NCBI GenBank assembly: GCA_049969615.1 | Contig: JBMFOM010000016.1 | Span: forward strand, 1 to 24,796 | DNA: 24,796 nucleotides | Origin: a candidate division WOR-3 bacterium | GTDB lineage: Bacteria > Hydrothermota > Hydrothermia > JBDRYB01 | Direction: 5' to 3' | Position numbers and translations under genes: made by a program | The notes under the pieces: model-generated | What the model was told of the DNA's origin: nothing | The model's input: the letters and a program-made list of their open reading frames with translations, nothing else | Database searches by the model: none | Part shown: in pieces, positions 1-8,289 of the stretch | How positions within the stretch are numbered: the stretch's first letter is position 1 | Layout of the letters: the number at the start of each line of letters is the position of its first letter

Positions 1-130
1 AAGGGGCAACATGGCCACAGAGGTCTCAGCCAAAGGCTCACCCGGTTCTCCGACCACATATTTCTATGTGCTTTCTTAGGGGAAGAAATTATAGAGGCCG
101 GGTAAAGTGATATACAGGGGTCTCAAGTTC

Positions 131-160
131 TTGAACCCTCACGCGCACGGCCATGATAAT
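131..160 (+). promoter_or_regulatory. putative sigma70 promoter of ftcD
   Basis: TTGAAC (131-136), 18-nt spacer, GATAAT (155-160); purine-rich RBS GGGAGAGAG before ATG 184. Confidence 0.4.
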
Positions 161-183
161 ATGCCCCCTAGGGAGAGAGAATC

Positions 184-1692
184 ATGAAGTTTATAGCCGC
201 AGTTCCTAACTTCTCGGAAGGCAGGAGGCTTGACATAGTTGATGAAATAGCCAACGCCATGGCCAAGACCCCTGGCGTAAAGCTCCTGGACAAGGAGTCT
301 GATCCTAGCCACAACCGCAGTGTGATAACCATAGGCGGAGACCTAGACTCAGTGCTTGAGGCCTGCATAGCGGGAGTCAAAAAGGCTGTTGAACTCATTG
401 ACCTGAACAAGCACGCGGGCGAGCACCCACGAATAGGCGCGTGCGATGTCATCCCATTTGTTCCATTTGGCACGAGCACGATGGAGGACGCGCGTGCCCT
501 GGCGGAGCAAGCCGGCAAGATAATAGCCGAGGAGCTGGGTATCCCCGTCTATTTCTACGAGGAGTCCGCGAAGAGGCCGGAAAGGACTGATCTCGCCTAC
601 ATAAGGAACAGGCAGTTTGAGGACGTCAGGGACAAGATAGCGGAGGATCCGGATCTGGAACCCGATCTCGGTCCAAAGGCCCTTCACCCCACTGCCGGCG
701 CGGTAATGGTCGGCGCGCGCAAGCCATTAATAGCCTTCAATGTCAACCTCGGGACGTCTAACATTGAGATAGCAAAGGAGATAGCGAAACACCTGAGGAA
801 CAAGACCGGCGGCTTGGCCTTCGTCAAGGCCCTGGGGTTTGAGCTCAAAGACAGGGGAATAGTCCAGGTATCAATGAATTTGACGGACTATAATCAGACC
901 TCCCTGTTCATGGCATACGAGAATGTGAAGATGTGGGCAGACCGTTTTTCGGTGCCCATAGTTGGTTCCGAGATAGTTGGCCTTACGCCAGCAAAAGCCC
1001 TCTACGACGCGGCCGAGTTTTACATGAAGCTTGAGAACTTCTCCGAGGACCTGATCCTAGAGAAGAAGCTGAGCGAAGGGGAGACGCTTGAGGGCTACAT
1101 ATCCTCCCTGGCGGCCGCAACCCCAGCGCCCGGCGGTGGTGCGGCGGCCGGATTTTCTGCGGCCCAGGGTTTTGCCCTGGTGGCAATGGTCTCCGGCATA
1201 ACCGCTAAGAGCAAGAAATACGAGGAGCACCACGAGCTGATGCGCGAGGTGAGGGCAAAGGCGATGGATGGCATGGCAGAGGCACTCAGGCTCATGAAGG
1301 CGGACGAGGAGGCCTTCGCTAACCTGATGGCGTGCTACAAGATACCGAAGGATGAACCCGGAAGGGCGGAGAAGATACAGGAGGCCTTGAAGCACGCGAC
1401 CGAGGTTCCCCTTGAGGCTATGCGTCTCCTGTTCTCTGGGCTTGAGCTCGCCGATGCCATAAACAAATACGGCACCCAGCAGGCCGTTTCGGACGCGGCC
1501 GCGGCCGCCCTGCAATTGAGGGCCGCTTTCTTCGGAGCGAAGCTCAATGTGCTCATAAACGCTCCGTCCATAAAGGACGAGTGGTTTAGGACAAAGGTCC
1601 TGGCAGAGGTTGAGGAGATGGAGAAGGCCTTCACGGCAAAGGCTGACCAGATATACGCTGAGGTTGAGGCGAAGTTGAAGGGCAAAGGCTGA
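184..1692 (+). CDS. ftcD: glutamate formimidoyltransferase / formimidoyltetrahydrofolate cyclodeaminase (bifunctional FTCD)
   Basis: N-terminal VPNFSEGRR, DPSHNRSVIT, GEHPRIGACDVIPFVP, VQVSMNLTDY; C-terminal cyclodeaminase motif LAAATPAPGGGAAA. Confidence 0.95.
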   Translation: MKFIAAVPNFSEGRRLDIVDEIANAMAKTPGVKLLDKESDPSHNRSVITIGGDLDSVLEACIAGVKKAVELIDLNKHAGEHPRIGACDVIPFVPFGTSTMEDARALAEQAGKIIAEELGIPVYFYEESAKRPERTDLAYIRNRQFEDVRDKIAEDPDLEPDLGPKALHPTAGAVMVGARKPLIAFNVNLGTSNIEIAKEIAKHLRNKTGGLAFVKALGFELKDRGIVQVSMNLTDYNQTSLFMAYENVKMWADRFSVPIVGSEIVGLTPAKALYDAAEFYMKLENFSEDLILEKKLSEGETLEGYISSLAAATPAPGGGAAAGFSAAQGFALVAMVSGITAKSKKYEEHHELMREVRAKAMDGMAEALRLMKADEEAFANLMACYKIPKDEPGRAEKIQEALKHATEVPLEAMRLLFSGLELADAINKYGTQQAVSDAAAAALQLRAAFFGAKLNVLINAPSIKDEWFRTKVLAEVEEMEKAFTAKADQIYAEVEAKLKGKG

Positions 1693-1798
1693 TAAAAGGG
1701 TTTATAGGGATCTTTATCGTTCTCATCCTTCTGATCCTCGGGGGATTTGGCCTCTGTTTGAAAAAAGGTCGCTGGACTTCTGGCCCGGGGCCCTGGCC

Positions 1799-3142
1799 GT
1801 GGGTTCCGTGCTTTTCGTGGTGTGCTTTCACACCACGAGGTTCCTCCTGAACATCCCCTTTCTCGCTTCCACGATCATCACCTTGTGTATCCTCGCTGTG
1901 TTCTCACTATTCGGGCTTCTCAGGATAACCTGGAGGCTCAGGATTCCCGACGAAGGTTTTCTGTGGGCGTTCATGGTATCCGTGGTTCTCCTGGCCCTTT
2001 TCCCCGGCGCTTCCTGGGATCAGAGCCACCATATTCCCGCTGTCTGTGATCTCATCGCTGGAATCCATCCCCTTCACGCGGCTGAAGGCACGAGGCCGGG
2101 CGTGACAGGGGGCTTCTACCACTATGGGGTAGAGGCTCTGGCCGCGGTGTCCATTTTCATTGCAATGGCCGGTAGCGTGAAGCTGATTTTCAAGCTCGTG
2201 GAGCTGGTTACCGCGGCCGCGAGCTTCTGGCTCCTCTACAGGCTTATTAGAGACTTCTTCTCCCGTGAAGCGGCCCTCCCTGGAACCCTCGTGTTCTTCT
2301 GGGCCGGAAATTTTCTCGTCCTCCTGAATCTCGGGAGGCTCATTTCGGGTTCCGGGTGGCACGAGGTTCCAATACTGATCTTTTGGGGAGAATTCGCCAA
2401 GGGACAACCCCCATTCCCCGGTTTCTTCTTCCACACATATCATCCCACACTGGCTCTCAGTTTTCCAGTTTTCCTGGTGGCCCTGTGGCTGGTCCTCAGG
2501 GGCGGGAAAACGAGGGCCGCGTTATCAGGCCTCCTGCTGGGGCCACTGTCCCTTGCCAATGTCGCTATGAGCGTTTCCCTGCTGGGAGTCCTGTTTCTCT
2601 ACCCCATCCTGAAGCGCCTGGCCACCAGGGTGTGGGACATGAAGGAGTGGGGTCTATCGCTCGCGGGCGGAGCGCTCTCGGCCTTACTGCTGGGCCTGCC
2701 CTTTCTGCTTTTTCAGAAGGCCGGGCCAGGGTTTGAAACAGGCCCCTTCTGGACGGTTACCCTTGAACTCCAGCGTAACATACCCCTGTTGCTGGGCGCG
2801 CCGGTTATCTTCTTGGGAGTGCCCATCGTCCTCGCGGTGCCCGGATTCATACTCGCCATCAGAGGGAACGAGGTTGGAAGGAACGGCCTAGCAATGTTTC
2901 TGTCCCTGGCCATCACGGGGCTTTTGATCCCTCACATTTTTGGGACCAACGATTTCGTGAAACTTTTCATGGTGGGATTTCTCGGGTACGCGCCCCTTGC
3001 AGGGCTCGTTCTCAGGTGGCTCTGGGTCAATGGGTGGCCCGGCAGGGTAGCAGTGATCCTCTGTGTGGCTGGAATGACCATTTCTCCGCTGGCTTTTTAC
3101 ATATTCAGGTGGTTGTGTTTTGGTCAGGGGGCGAGCCTCTGA
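1799..3142 (+). CDS. polytopic membrane protein, GT-C-fold glycosyltransferase-like; true N-terminus possibly frameshifted (from ~1689)
   Basis: About 12 hydrophobic segments; WDQSHH and FYHYG in the first large loop, as in GT-C-like proteins; start uncertain. Confidence 0.55.
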   Translation: MGSVLFVVCFHTTRFLLNIPFLASTIITLCILAVFSLFGLLRITWRLRIPDEGFLWAFMVSVVLLALFPGASWDQSHHIPAVCDLIAGIHPLHAAEGTRPGVTGGFYHYGVEALAAVSIFIAMAGSVKLIFKLVELVTAAASFWLLYRLIRDFFSREAALPGTLVFFWAGNFLVLLNLGRLISGSGWHEVPILIFWGEFAKGQPPFPGFFFHTYHPTLALSFPVFLVALWLVLRGGKTRAALSGLLLGPLSLANVAMSVSLLGVLFLYPILKRLATRVWDMKEWGLSLAGGALSALLLGLPFLLFQKAGPGFETGPFWTVTLELQRNIPLLLGAPVIFLGVPIVLAVPGFILAIRGNEVGRNGLAMFLSLAITGLLIPHIFGTNDFVKLFMVGFLGYAPLAGLVLRWLWVNGWPGRVAVILCVAGMTISPLAFYIFRWLCFGQGASL

Positions 3143-3153
3143 GAACTGACAGC

Positions 3154-3423
3154 CTATGGTCTCGGCGCCCTAAAGAACCCAGCTTGGGTGTCAGGAGCGT
3201 CCCGGAGGGCCTCGGACCTTGATATGGGATTCCCTGGCTCGTCCTCGCGCAGGGGTGTCTCGCCTTCAATCGGGGAGACCATTGGCTCCACGCCGGATAG
3301 GTCCAGCTCATCAAAGGATTCCAGGAAACCCAGGACCCTCTTCATGTGCTCAATGAGCTCAGGCGTGGGTTTCAGCTTTATAAGCTGAATGGCCCAACGC
3401 GCCTTAGCCTCTGTGTCCTTCAA
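3154..3423 (-). CDS. gatC: Asp-tRNA(Asn)/Glu-tRNA(Gln) amidotransferase subunit C
   Basis: 89 aa; LDLSGVEPMVSP, TPLREDEP, ALRDAP...GFFRAPR match the GatC C-terminal pattern. Confidence 0.85.
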   Translation of the reverse strand: MKDTEAKARWAIQLIKLKPTPELIEHMKRVLGFLESFDELDLSGVEPMVSPIEGETPLREDEPGNPISRSEALRDAPDTQAGFFRAPRP

Positions 3424-3740
3424 TCCAGGAACTCCTCAATTATATTAACGAAATCGGCCTTTGATCTCGCTCCCACCACCTTGTCAACGAGGTTGCCCTC
3501 TTTGTAAAAAAGCACGGTGGGAAGCGAGAAAACGCCGAGCCTCGCCAGGAACTCCGGGTTTTCGTCCGCGTTCACGCGAAAGACCTTTACCCCCCTGTTC
3601 GCGAACTCCTCAGATATGGATGCCAGGTGGGGCTCTATGGCCTTGCAAGGCCTACACCAGGTTGCCCAGAAGTCAACCAGGGCCAACTTCACTTTTGCCA
3701 ACTTCTCTTCGTAGCCATCAGGGCCAATATCTTCCATCAT
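3420..3740 (-). CDS. trxA: thioredoxin
   Basis: LVDFWATWCRPCK active site, cis-Pro loop SLPT, VVGA. Confidence 0.93.
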   Translation of the reverse strand: MMEDIGPDGYEEKLAKVKLALVDFWATWCRPCKAIEPHLASISEEFANRGVKVFRVNADENPEFLARLGVFSLPTVLFYKEGNLVDKVVGARSKADFVNIIEEFLD

Positions 3741-4714
3741 GACAAGCGCTCCTTTTCGTAATATCCGGGTTTAACAACGACCCCCTCGCCCACCTCCGAG
3801 TCCACGAGAATCGCGCCGGACATGACGGTCGCACCCCGGCCTATCGCGGTTTTGCCGATCAGAGAGACCCAGGGATATATGACCGCGTCCGGGCCTATCC
3901 GGACATCCGGCTCCAGATATGAGCCATCCGGATTGACGAAGGTTACCCCCTCTTCCATCCATTTTTTGACCAGGCGCTTTGACATCTCACGGCAGGCAGT
4001 AGCAAGGTCGCTCCTGGTGTTGACGCCCAGTATCTCCGCGTGGTCATGGGTTTCATGTATCCATACCCCTCCCTCGTTTTCCTGGATGAGCTCAAGCACC
4101 CCAGGTAGATAATACTCACCCTTTTTATTCTCCGCGCCAACACGATCGAGCCACCTGAAAAGGCTCCCCAGTTCAAACACATATATGCCCGAACAAACCT
4201 CGTTGACCGCCTTCTCCTCATCGGTGGCGTCGTGGTGCTCTACGACGCGGAGGAAACTGCCGTCAGGTCTCCTGAGGACCCTGCCATAGCCAGTGGGATC
4301 CGGGAGCCTGGCAGTGAGAACAACAGCCTTTGCCTCTTGGTTTCGGTGAAACTCAAGCAATGCGCTCAGCGTCTCCGGCCTTATCAGCGGGCCATCGCCT
4401 GGCAGGACAATGAGCAGGCCCTCCTCCGGGAGGTGAGGCCGCAGACACGCTACCGCGTGGCCAGTACCAAGGGGCTTCTCCTGGTGAACGAAAACAAGCC
4501 CTCTGTCCGAAAAGCTGGCCTCAACCTCGCGCTTGTGCGGCCCTCCGGTCACCAAGAAGACCCTCTCCGTGCCCAGAGAGAGAGCGACAGAGACAGGATA
4601 CTCAAGAACGGGTTTTCCGCACAGCAGGTGCAAAAGCTTTGATTTTTCTGATTTTATGCGGGTTGATTCGCCCGCGGCCAGGATGGCAACGAATAGCCTC
4701 TCGTCCATTCTCAA
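3737..4714 (-). CDS. glmU: GlmU-like N-acetylglucosamine-1-phosphate uridyltransferase, C-terminally short
   Basis: ILAAGESTRIKS..SKLLH, QEKPLGTGHAV, DPTGYGRV, NKKGEYYL, GVNTR; only ~3 hexapeptide turns before the stop (325 aa). Confidence 0.85.
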   Translation of the reverse strand: MRMDERLFVAILAAGESTRIKSEKSKLLHLLCGKPVLEYPVSVALSLGTERVFLVTGGPHKREVEASFSDRGLVFVHQEKPLGTGHAVACLRPHLPEEGLLIVLPGDGPLIRPETLSALLEFHRNQEAKAVVLTARLPDPTGYGRVLRRPDGSFLRVVEHHDATDEEKAVNEVCSGIYVFELGSLFRWLDRVGAENKKGEYYLPGVLELIQENEGGVWIHETHDHAEILGVNTRSDLATACREMSKRLVKKWMEEGVTFVNPDGSYLEPDVRIGPDAVIYPWVSLIGKTAIGRGATVMSGAILVDSEVGEGVVVKPGYYEKERLS

Positions 4715-5043
4715 ACCGTGTTGCCGTCCTTCAGTAAAACCACCTTTGGCTCGCCGGGAAGGCTTTCCGCCCAGACGAAGCTCATTATTATCAGCCTGTC
4801 GCCCACCTCGCCGAGTCTGGCCGCACCGCCCTGTAGGATGATTTCCCGAGAGCCGCGCCTGCCTGGATTTATATAGGTCTCAAACCTATGCGCGTTGTTC
4901 AGGTTTATGGCAAGAACTATTTCGTATGGCTCAAATCCTACCAGATCCATTAGATCCGGATCAATCTGGATGCTTCCGGAATAGTGGAGCTCCTTGCCGG
5001 TTATTGTGGCGTTGTGGAGCTTTGCTCTGAGATACCTTTTCAT
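4711..5043 (-). CDS. panD: aspartate 1-decarboxylase
   Basis: LRAKLHNATIT, YSGS autocleavage site, RFETYI, GGAARL...GDRLII. Confidence 0.95.
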   Translation of the reverse strand: MKRYLRAKLHNATITGKELHYSGSIQIDPDLMDLVGFEPYEIVLAINLNNAHRFETYINPGRRGSREIILQGGAARLGEVGDRLIIMSFVWAESLPGEPKVVLLKDGNTV

Positions 5044-6167
5044 AGTGCCTTTGCCACCGGATAGCTTTTGAGGCCGGCGAGCATCTCATCCGGGGACATC
5101 AGCTCGCCGTTATACTTGTGTATGCCGTATACAGGGGTGTTCTTTATGACCTCACGAACCGGATGAATTAGCTGGCCGTGGCTCATCTCCGGGACAACAA
5201 CAGCTGAGACCTTGCCGTCAAAGGCAGAAAGCGCTTTCTCCGGGAATGGCCAGAGTATCCGCGGGCGAAAGAGCGCTGGCCTCATCCCCTTTTTCTCCAG
5301 CCGGCCGATCACCTCCATTGATGTCCTGGCAACAGAGCCTATTGCCACGAAGAGTATGTCCGGATCGTCATAGCCCTCTATCCTGTAGTCGGTAAGCCGT
5401 TCCATGTTGTCGTCTATCTTTCTGAAGAATCGGTTGAGTAGCCAGGTGACCTTCTCCGGGTCGTTTGTGGGGAAACCGTCCTTTCCGTGAGCCAGGCCAG
5501 TGATGTGGAAACGGTATCCTTTGCCATAGTCGGCCCTGGGAACCCCATACTCTGTTCCGTCATCATAGTGGACGTATTTCTCCGGCGGAACCGTCAGGGG
5601 GCCGGGGTCATATATGTCAACCTTCTCCGGGAATTCAACCCCCTCAACCATGTGGCCGACGACCTCGTCTGAGAGGAGGATAACGGGAAGCCTTAGTTCC
5701 TCGGATATGTTGACGGCCTTAACCGTCAGCTCAAAGCACTCATAAACGCTCCACGGCGCAAGGGCCACGATGGAATAGTCCCCGTGGGAACCCCATCTCG
5801 CTTGCATTATATCCTGCTGGGATGTTTTGGTGGGGAGGCCGGTTGATGGGCCGCCCCTCATTACATCCACTATGAGGACCGGGACTTCAGTCATGGCCGC
5901 GAAGCCTATGTGTTCAACCATGAGCGAGAAACCCGGACCAGAGGTCGCTGTCATGGACTTGAGTCCAGCCAGGCGTGCGCCTATGCACGCGCCCATGGAC
6001 GCTATCTCGTCCTCCATTTGGATAAAGACGCCCCCTACCTTCGGGAGCACCCTTGACATTTCCTCGGCTATCTCGGATGAAGGGGTTATGGGATAACCGC
6101 CATAGAAGCGCACGCCAACGGCGATGGCTCCCTCAACGCAAGCGTGATTTCCTTCCAAAAGTTTCAT
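5040..6167 (-). CDS. korA: 2-oxoacid:ferredoxin oxidoreductase subunit alpha
   Basis: GNHACVEGA, GYPITPSSEI, QMEDEIAS, TATSGPGFSLM, RGGPSTGLPT, QARWGSHGD. Confidence 0.92.
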   Translation of the reverse strand: MKLLEGNHACVEGAIAVGVRFYGGYPITPSSEIAEEMSRVLPKVGGVFIQMEDEIASMGACIGARLAGLKSMTATSGPGFSLMVEHIGFAAMTEVPVLIVDVMRGGPSTGLPTKTSQQDIMQARWGSHGDYSIVALAPWSVYECFELTVKAVNISEELRLPVILLSDEVVGHMVEGVEFPEKVDIYDPGPLTVPPEKYVHYDDGTEYGVPRADYGKGYRFHITGLAHGKDGFPTNDPEKVTWLLNRFFRKIDDNMERLTDYRIEGYDDPDILFVAIGSVARTSMEVIGRLEKKGMRPALFRPRILWPFPEKALSAFDGKVSAVVVPEMSHGQLIHPVREVIKNTPVYGIHKYNGELMSPDEMLAGLKSYPVAKAL

Positions 6168-6168
6168 A

Positions 6169-6735
6169 TCAGACTCCTGGTTCCGGGACTATGTCCATGT
6201 CCCAGAAAGCCTCCAGGGCATTCTCAAGCCTGTATTTCTTTACCATGAGGGAAAGAATGCCCTTTGAGTAGCTTATCATGTCTATGTTGACGCCATGTTG
6301 GGCTAAGAGGTCAAAGATCTCAGAAATGACCACGGATCTATCCGCAGAGGGATTCAGGTGAAAATTCAGCAGGACAACATCCTCGTATATTGAATAGAAC
6401 TCACAGGCCGCTCCAGCCAGGACCTCCTCGCAGACATCGCCGACAATGTCCTTTTGGCTTCTGAGAACAGCAAAACCTATGTCGCCGCGGCCCTTTGTTG
6501 ATGTGTCATATGATATGCCGAGTATGTCAATCCCTTTCTCGGCGAGCGCGGAACACAGTTCGCCAGCGACACCAGGTTTGTCCCTTATGCTTCGGAGGAC
6601 TACACGGACAACCTCCCTGTTTAGGTTAAATTCCTGAATATCCGAGCTCCGCAAGGCCTGAATATTATAACCCACTTCCTGCGCAGGATCAAACATTTTT
6701 GGAACCCCTGAAAAATCCGGGTTATCAATCATCAA
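6169..6735 (-). CDS. stand-alone tandem ACT-domain protein (aspartokinase regulatory/beta-subunit-like)
   Basis: IRDKPGVAGELCSALAEKGIDI and IFDLLAQHGVNIDMIS are two ACT repeats; no kinase domain. Confidence 0.75.
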   Translation of the reverse strand: MMIDNPDFSGVPKMFDPAQEVGYNIQALRSSDIQEFNLNREVVRVVLRSIRDKPGVAGELCSALAEKGIDILGISYDTSTKGRGDIGFAVLRSQKDIVGDVCEEVLAGAACEFYSIYEDVVLLNFHLNPSADRSVVISEIFDLLAQHGVNIDMISYSKGILSLMVKKYRLENALEAFWDMDIVPEPGV

Positions 6736-6828
6736 CCAAACCCGAAATCTATCCGGAATCCTGATCCGAGAACAAATGATAAACCCCGGCTGGGTTGTTG
6801 CTCTCAGTTTACGGGCGAGGACCGACTA

Positions 6829-7803
6829 TTATCTTGAAAACATCACCTCCATAACATCCCCATCCTGAACCATGTAGTCCTTGCCCTCCTTTCTGGCCGC
6901 GCCCGATTTTTTCGCGGCTTCCCAGCCGCCCGCTGAGACCACTGCTTCCCATCCTGCCACCATTGCCCTTATGAACCCACTTTCCATGTCCGTGTGGATT
7001 CTACCAGCGGCCTCCCGAGCGCTCGCTCCCCGCCTCAGGCTCCAGGCCTTGACCTCCCTCGGGCCAGGGGTGAAAAAGTGGATGAGTCCAGCTGTCCTGT
7101 AGAGCTTTGAAAACAATTCCGGGACCGGATCCCTTAGCTCCAGCTCGGCCGCCATTTTCTCCTTTTCGTTCTCGGGCAAACATGATAGCTCAAGCGCGAG
7201 CTGGAAATCACCCACCACCCAATCAATTGCCAGTTGGGTCTTGGGTTCTTTTTGAATTGCAACTACAGCTGGTTTCAGGCTGAGAAACCCGTATTCCGAC
7301 ACGAGCTTGAGCTCCGTATCGGAAAGGTCCAAGGAGAACAACGGTTTTCCTCTGCCGAGGGTCTCCGAGAACCGCTCAAGGAGCACAAGCTTCTTTGGGT
7401 CATCGTGTCCGCCGGAGACGGTTTTTCTCAGGTTGGGGATGAGCCTTTCAACTGCTTCCGCTTCCGAAACGATCATCCTGGCGTAGATGTCCTCAAAGTC
7501 GGCTTCGTCCCTTGCGACGATTATGAACCCCGAGTAAGCCCCCATAGCGTTGAATACTTCCCCGGCCCTCCTGTCAGACCACATGGGTCCCATGCCAAGG
7601 AACATGTGAAATTCCGGACGATCGGGGGTAATTTTTTCGGGGTTTATGACCCTGGCGAGCTCGCAAAGCCTTATATCCGGGAAATCCGCGGTGGCAACGG
7701 CAGACACATAATCCCTGGGGGCCTGTCCAGGTTCACGACCGGTTATCAACTGGAAGACTGCCTCAGGCAGACCATGTTTTGATCCAAATATAGCGACACG
7801 CAC
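6829..7803 (-). CDS. YchF/Ola1-like protein (TGS/DUF933 C-terminus) with degenerate P-loop
   Basis: C-terminal LIHFFTPGPREVKAW, AAGRIHTDMESGFIRA, EGKDYMVQDGDVM; N-terminal GSKHGLPEA in place of GxPNVGKST. Confidence 0.85.
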   Translation of the reverse strand: MRVAIFGSKHGLPEAVFQLITGREPGQAPRDYVSAVATADFPDIRLCELARVINPEKITPDRPEFHMFLGMGPMWSDRRAGEVFNAMGAYSGFIIVARDEADFEDIYARMIVSEAEAVERLIPNLRKTVSGGHDDPKKLVLLERFSETLGRGKPLFSLDLSDTELKLVSEYGFLSLKPAVVAIQKEPKTQLAIDWVVGDFQLALELSCLPENEKEKMAAELELRDPVPELFSKLYRTAGLIHFFTPGPREVKAWSLRRGASAREAAGRIHTDMESGFIRAMVAGWEAVVSAGGWEAAKKSGAARKEGKDYMVQDGDVMEVMFSR

Positions 7804-7809
7804 ACGGAT

Positions 7810-7838
7810 ATTTTAGCTCACTTGCTAAGGACGATCAA
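7810..7838 (-). promoter_or_regulatory. sigma70 promoter for a leaderless ychF-like transcript
   Basis: Minus strand TTGATC-17 nt-TAAAAT-ATCCGT-GTG(7803); no SD. Confidence 0.6.
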
Positions 7839-7942
7839 GTATTGGGGGGAGATGAGCTCTAACACTTATGAGCATAGGAGCCAGGATAAAGCCCGCGAGA
7901 AAAGCCGGAGGAAAGGAACACAGCTACATTCAGCTGATAGAG

Positions 7943-8048
7943 GAAACCATGAGAAATACCGGTTTGTCATTAGTCCATGTCCTGGAGCCTCATCATAGAA
8001 AAAATAACCCTGAGGAAATGCCCAGTGATGGGATTTTTCAGGGGTTTC
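7943..8048 (-). mobile_element. short (~106 bp) form of the MITE-like repeat, degenerate
   Basis: GAAACCATGAGAAATACCGGTTTGTC...GAGCCTCATCATAG...AACCCTGAGGAAATGCC...GGGATTTTTCAGGGGTTTC aligns to the inner unit of the long copies in reverse orientation. Confidence 0.8.
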
Positions 8049-8073
8049 AAAAGCATATCCAGGGAAAAGATCC

Positions 8074-8271
8074 CTAGCCCTTCCCCAGAGCCCTTTTCAC
8101 GCTCTTGGCGTCAACAGGCTTCAGGGTGGTTGCCCTTCTGAGCCTCCGCTTGGTCTTCTGGCTCTTGTTGAACTTCAGGTGGGAGGTCTTCGCCCTGTTT
8201 CTCTTAACCTTGCCCGTGCCTGTTAGCGTGAACCTTTTGGCCGCGCCTTTCTTGGTCTTTATCTTTGGCAT
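8074..8271 (-). CDS. rpmI: 50S ribosomal protein L35
   Basis: MPKIKTKKGAAKRFTLTGTGKVKR..A..SHL...K..K.KRRLR. Confidence 0.97.
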   Translation of the reverse strand: MPKIKTKKGAAKRFTLTGTGKVKRNRAKTSHLKFNKSQKTKRRLRRATTLKPVDAKSVKRALGKG

Positions 8272-8289
8272 ATGTTTCTCTCTTTACAT

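Noticed and set aside
18-124. TIR-like CAGAGGTCTC (18-27) and CAGGGGTCTC (115-124)
   Set aside because: Only ~10-bp matches in the same orientation, with no body similarity or TSD
168-1685. Numerous short antisense/alternative-frame ORFs inside ftcD and other housekeeping genes
   Set aside because: Expected shadows in GC-rich coding DNA
1757-1767. Canonical -1 ribosomal frameshift at AAAAAAG
   Set aside because: The A_AAA_AAG heptamer is not in the frame of the upstream ORF
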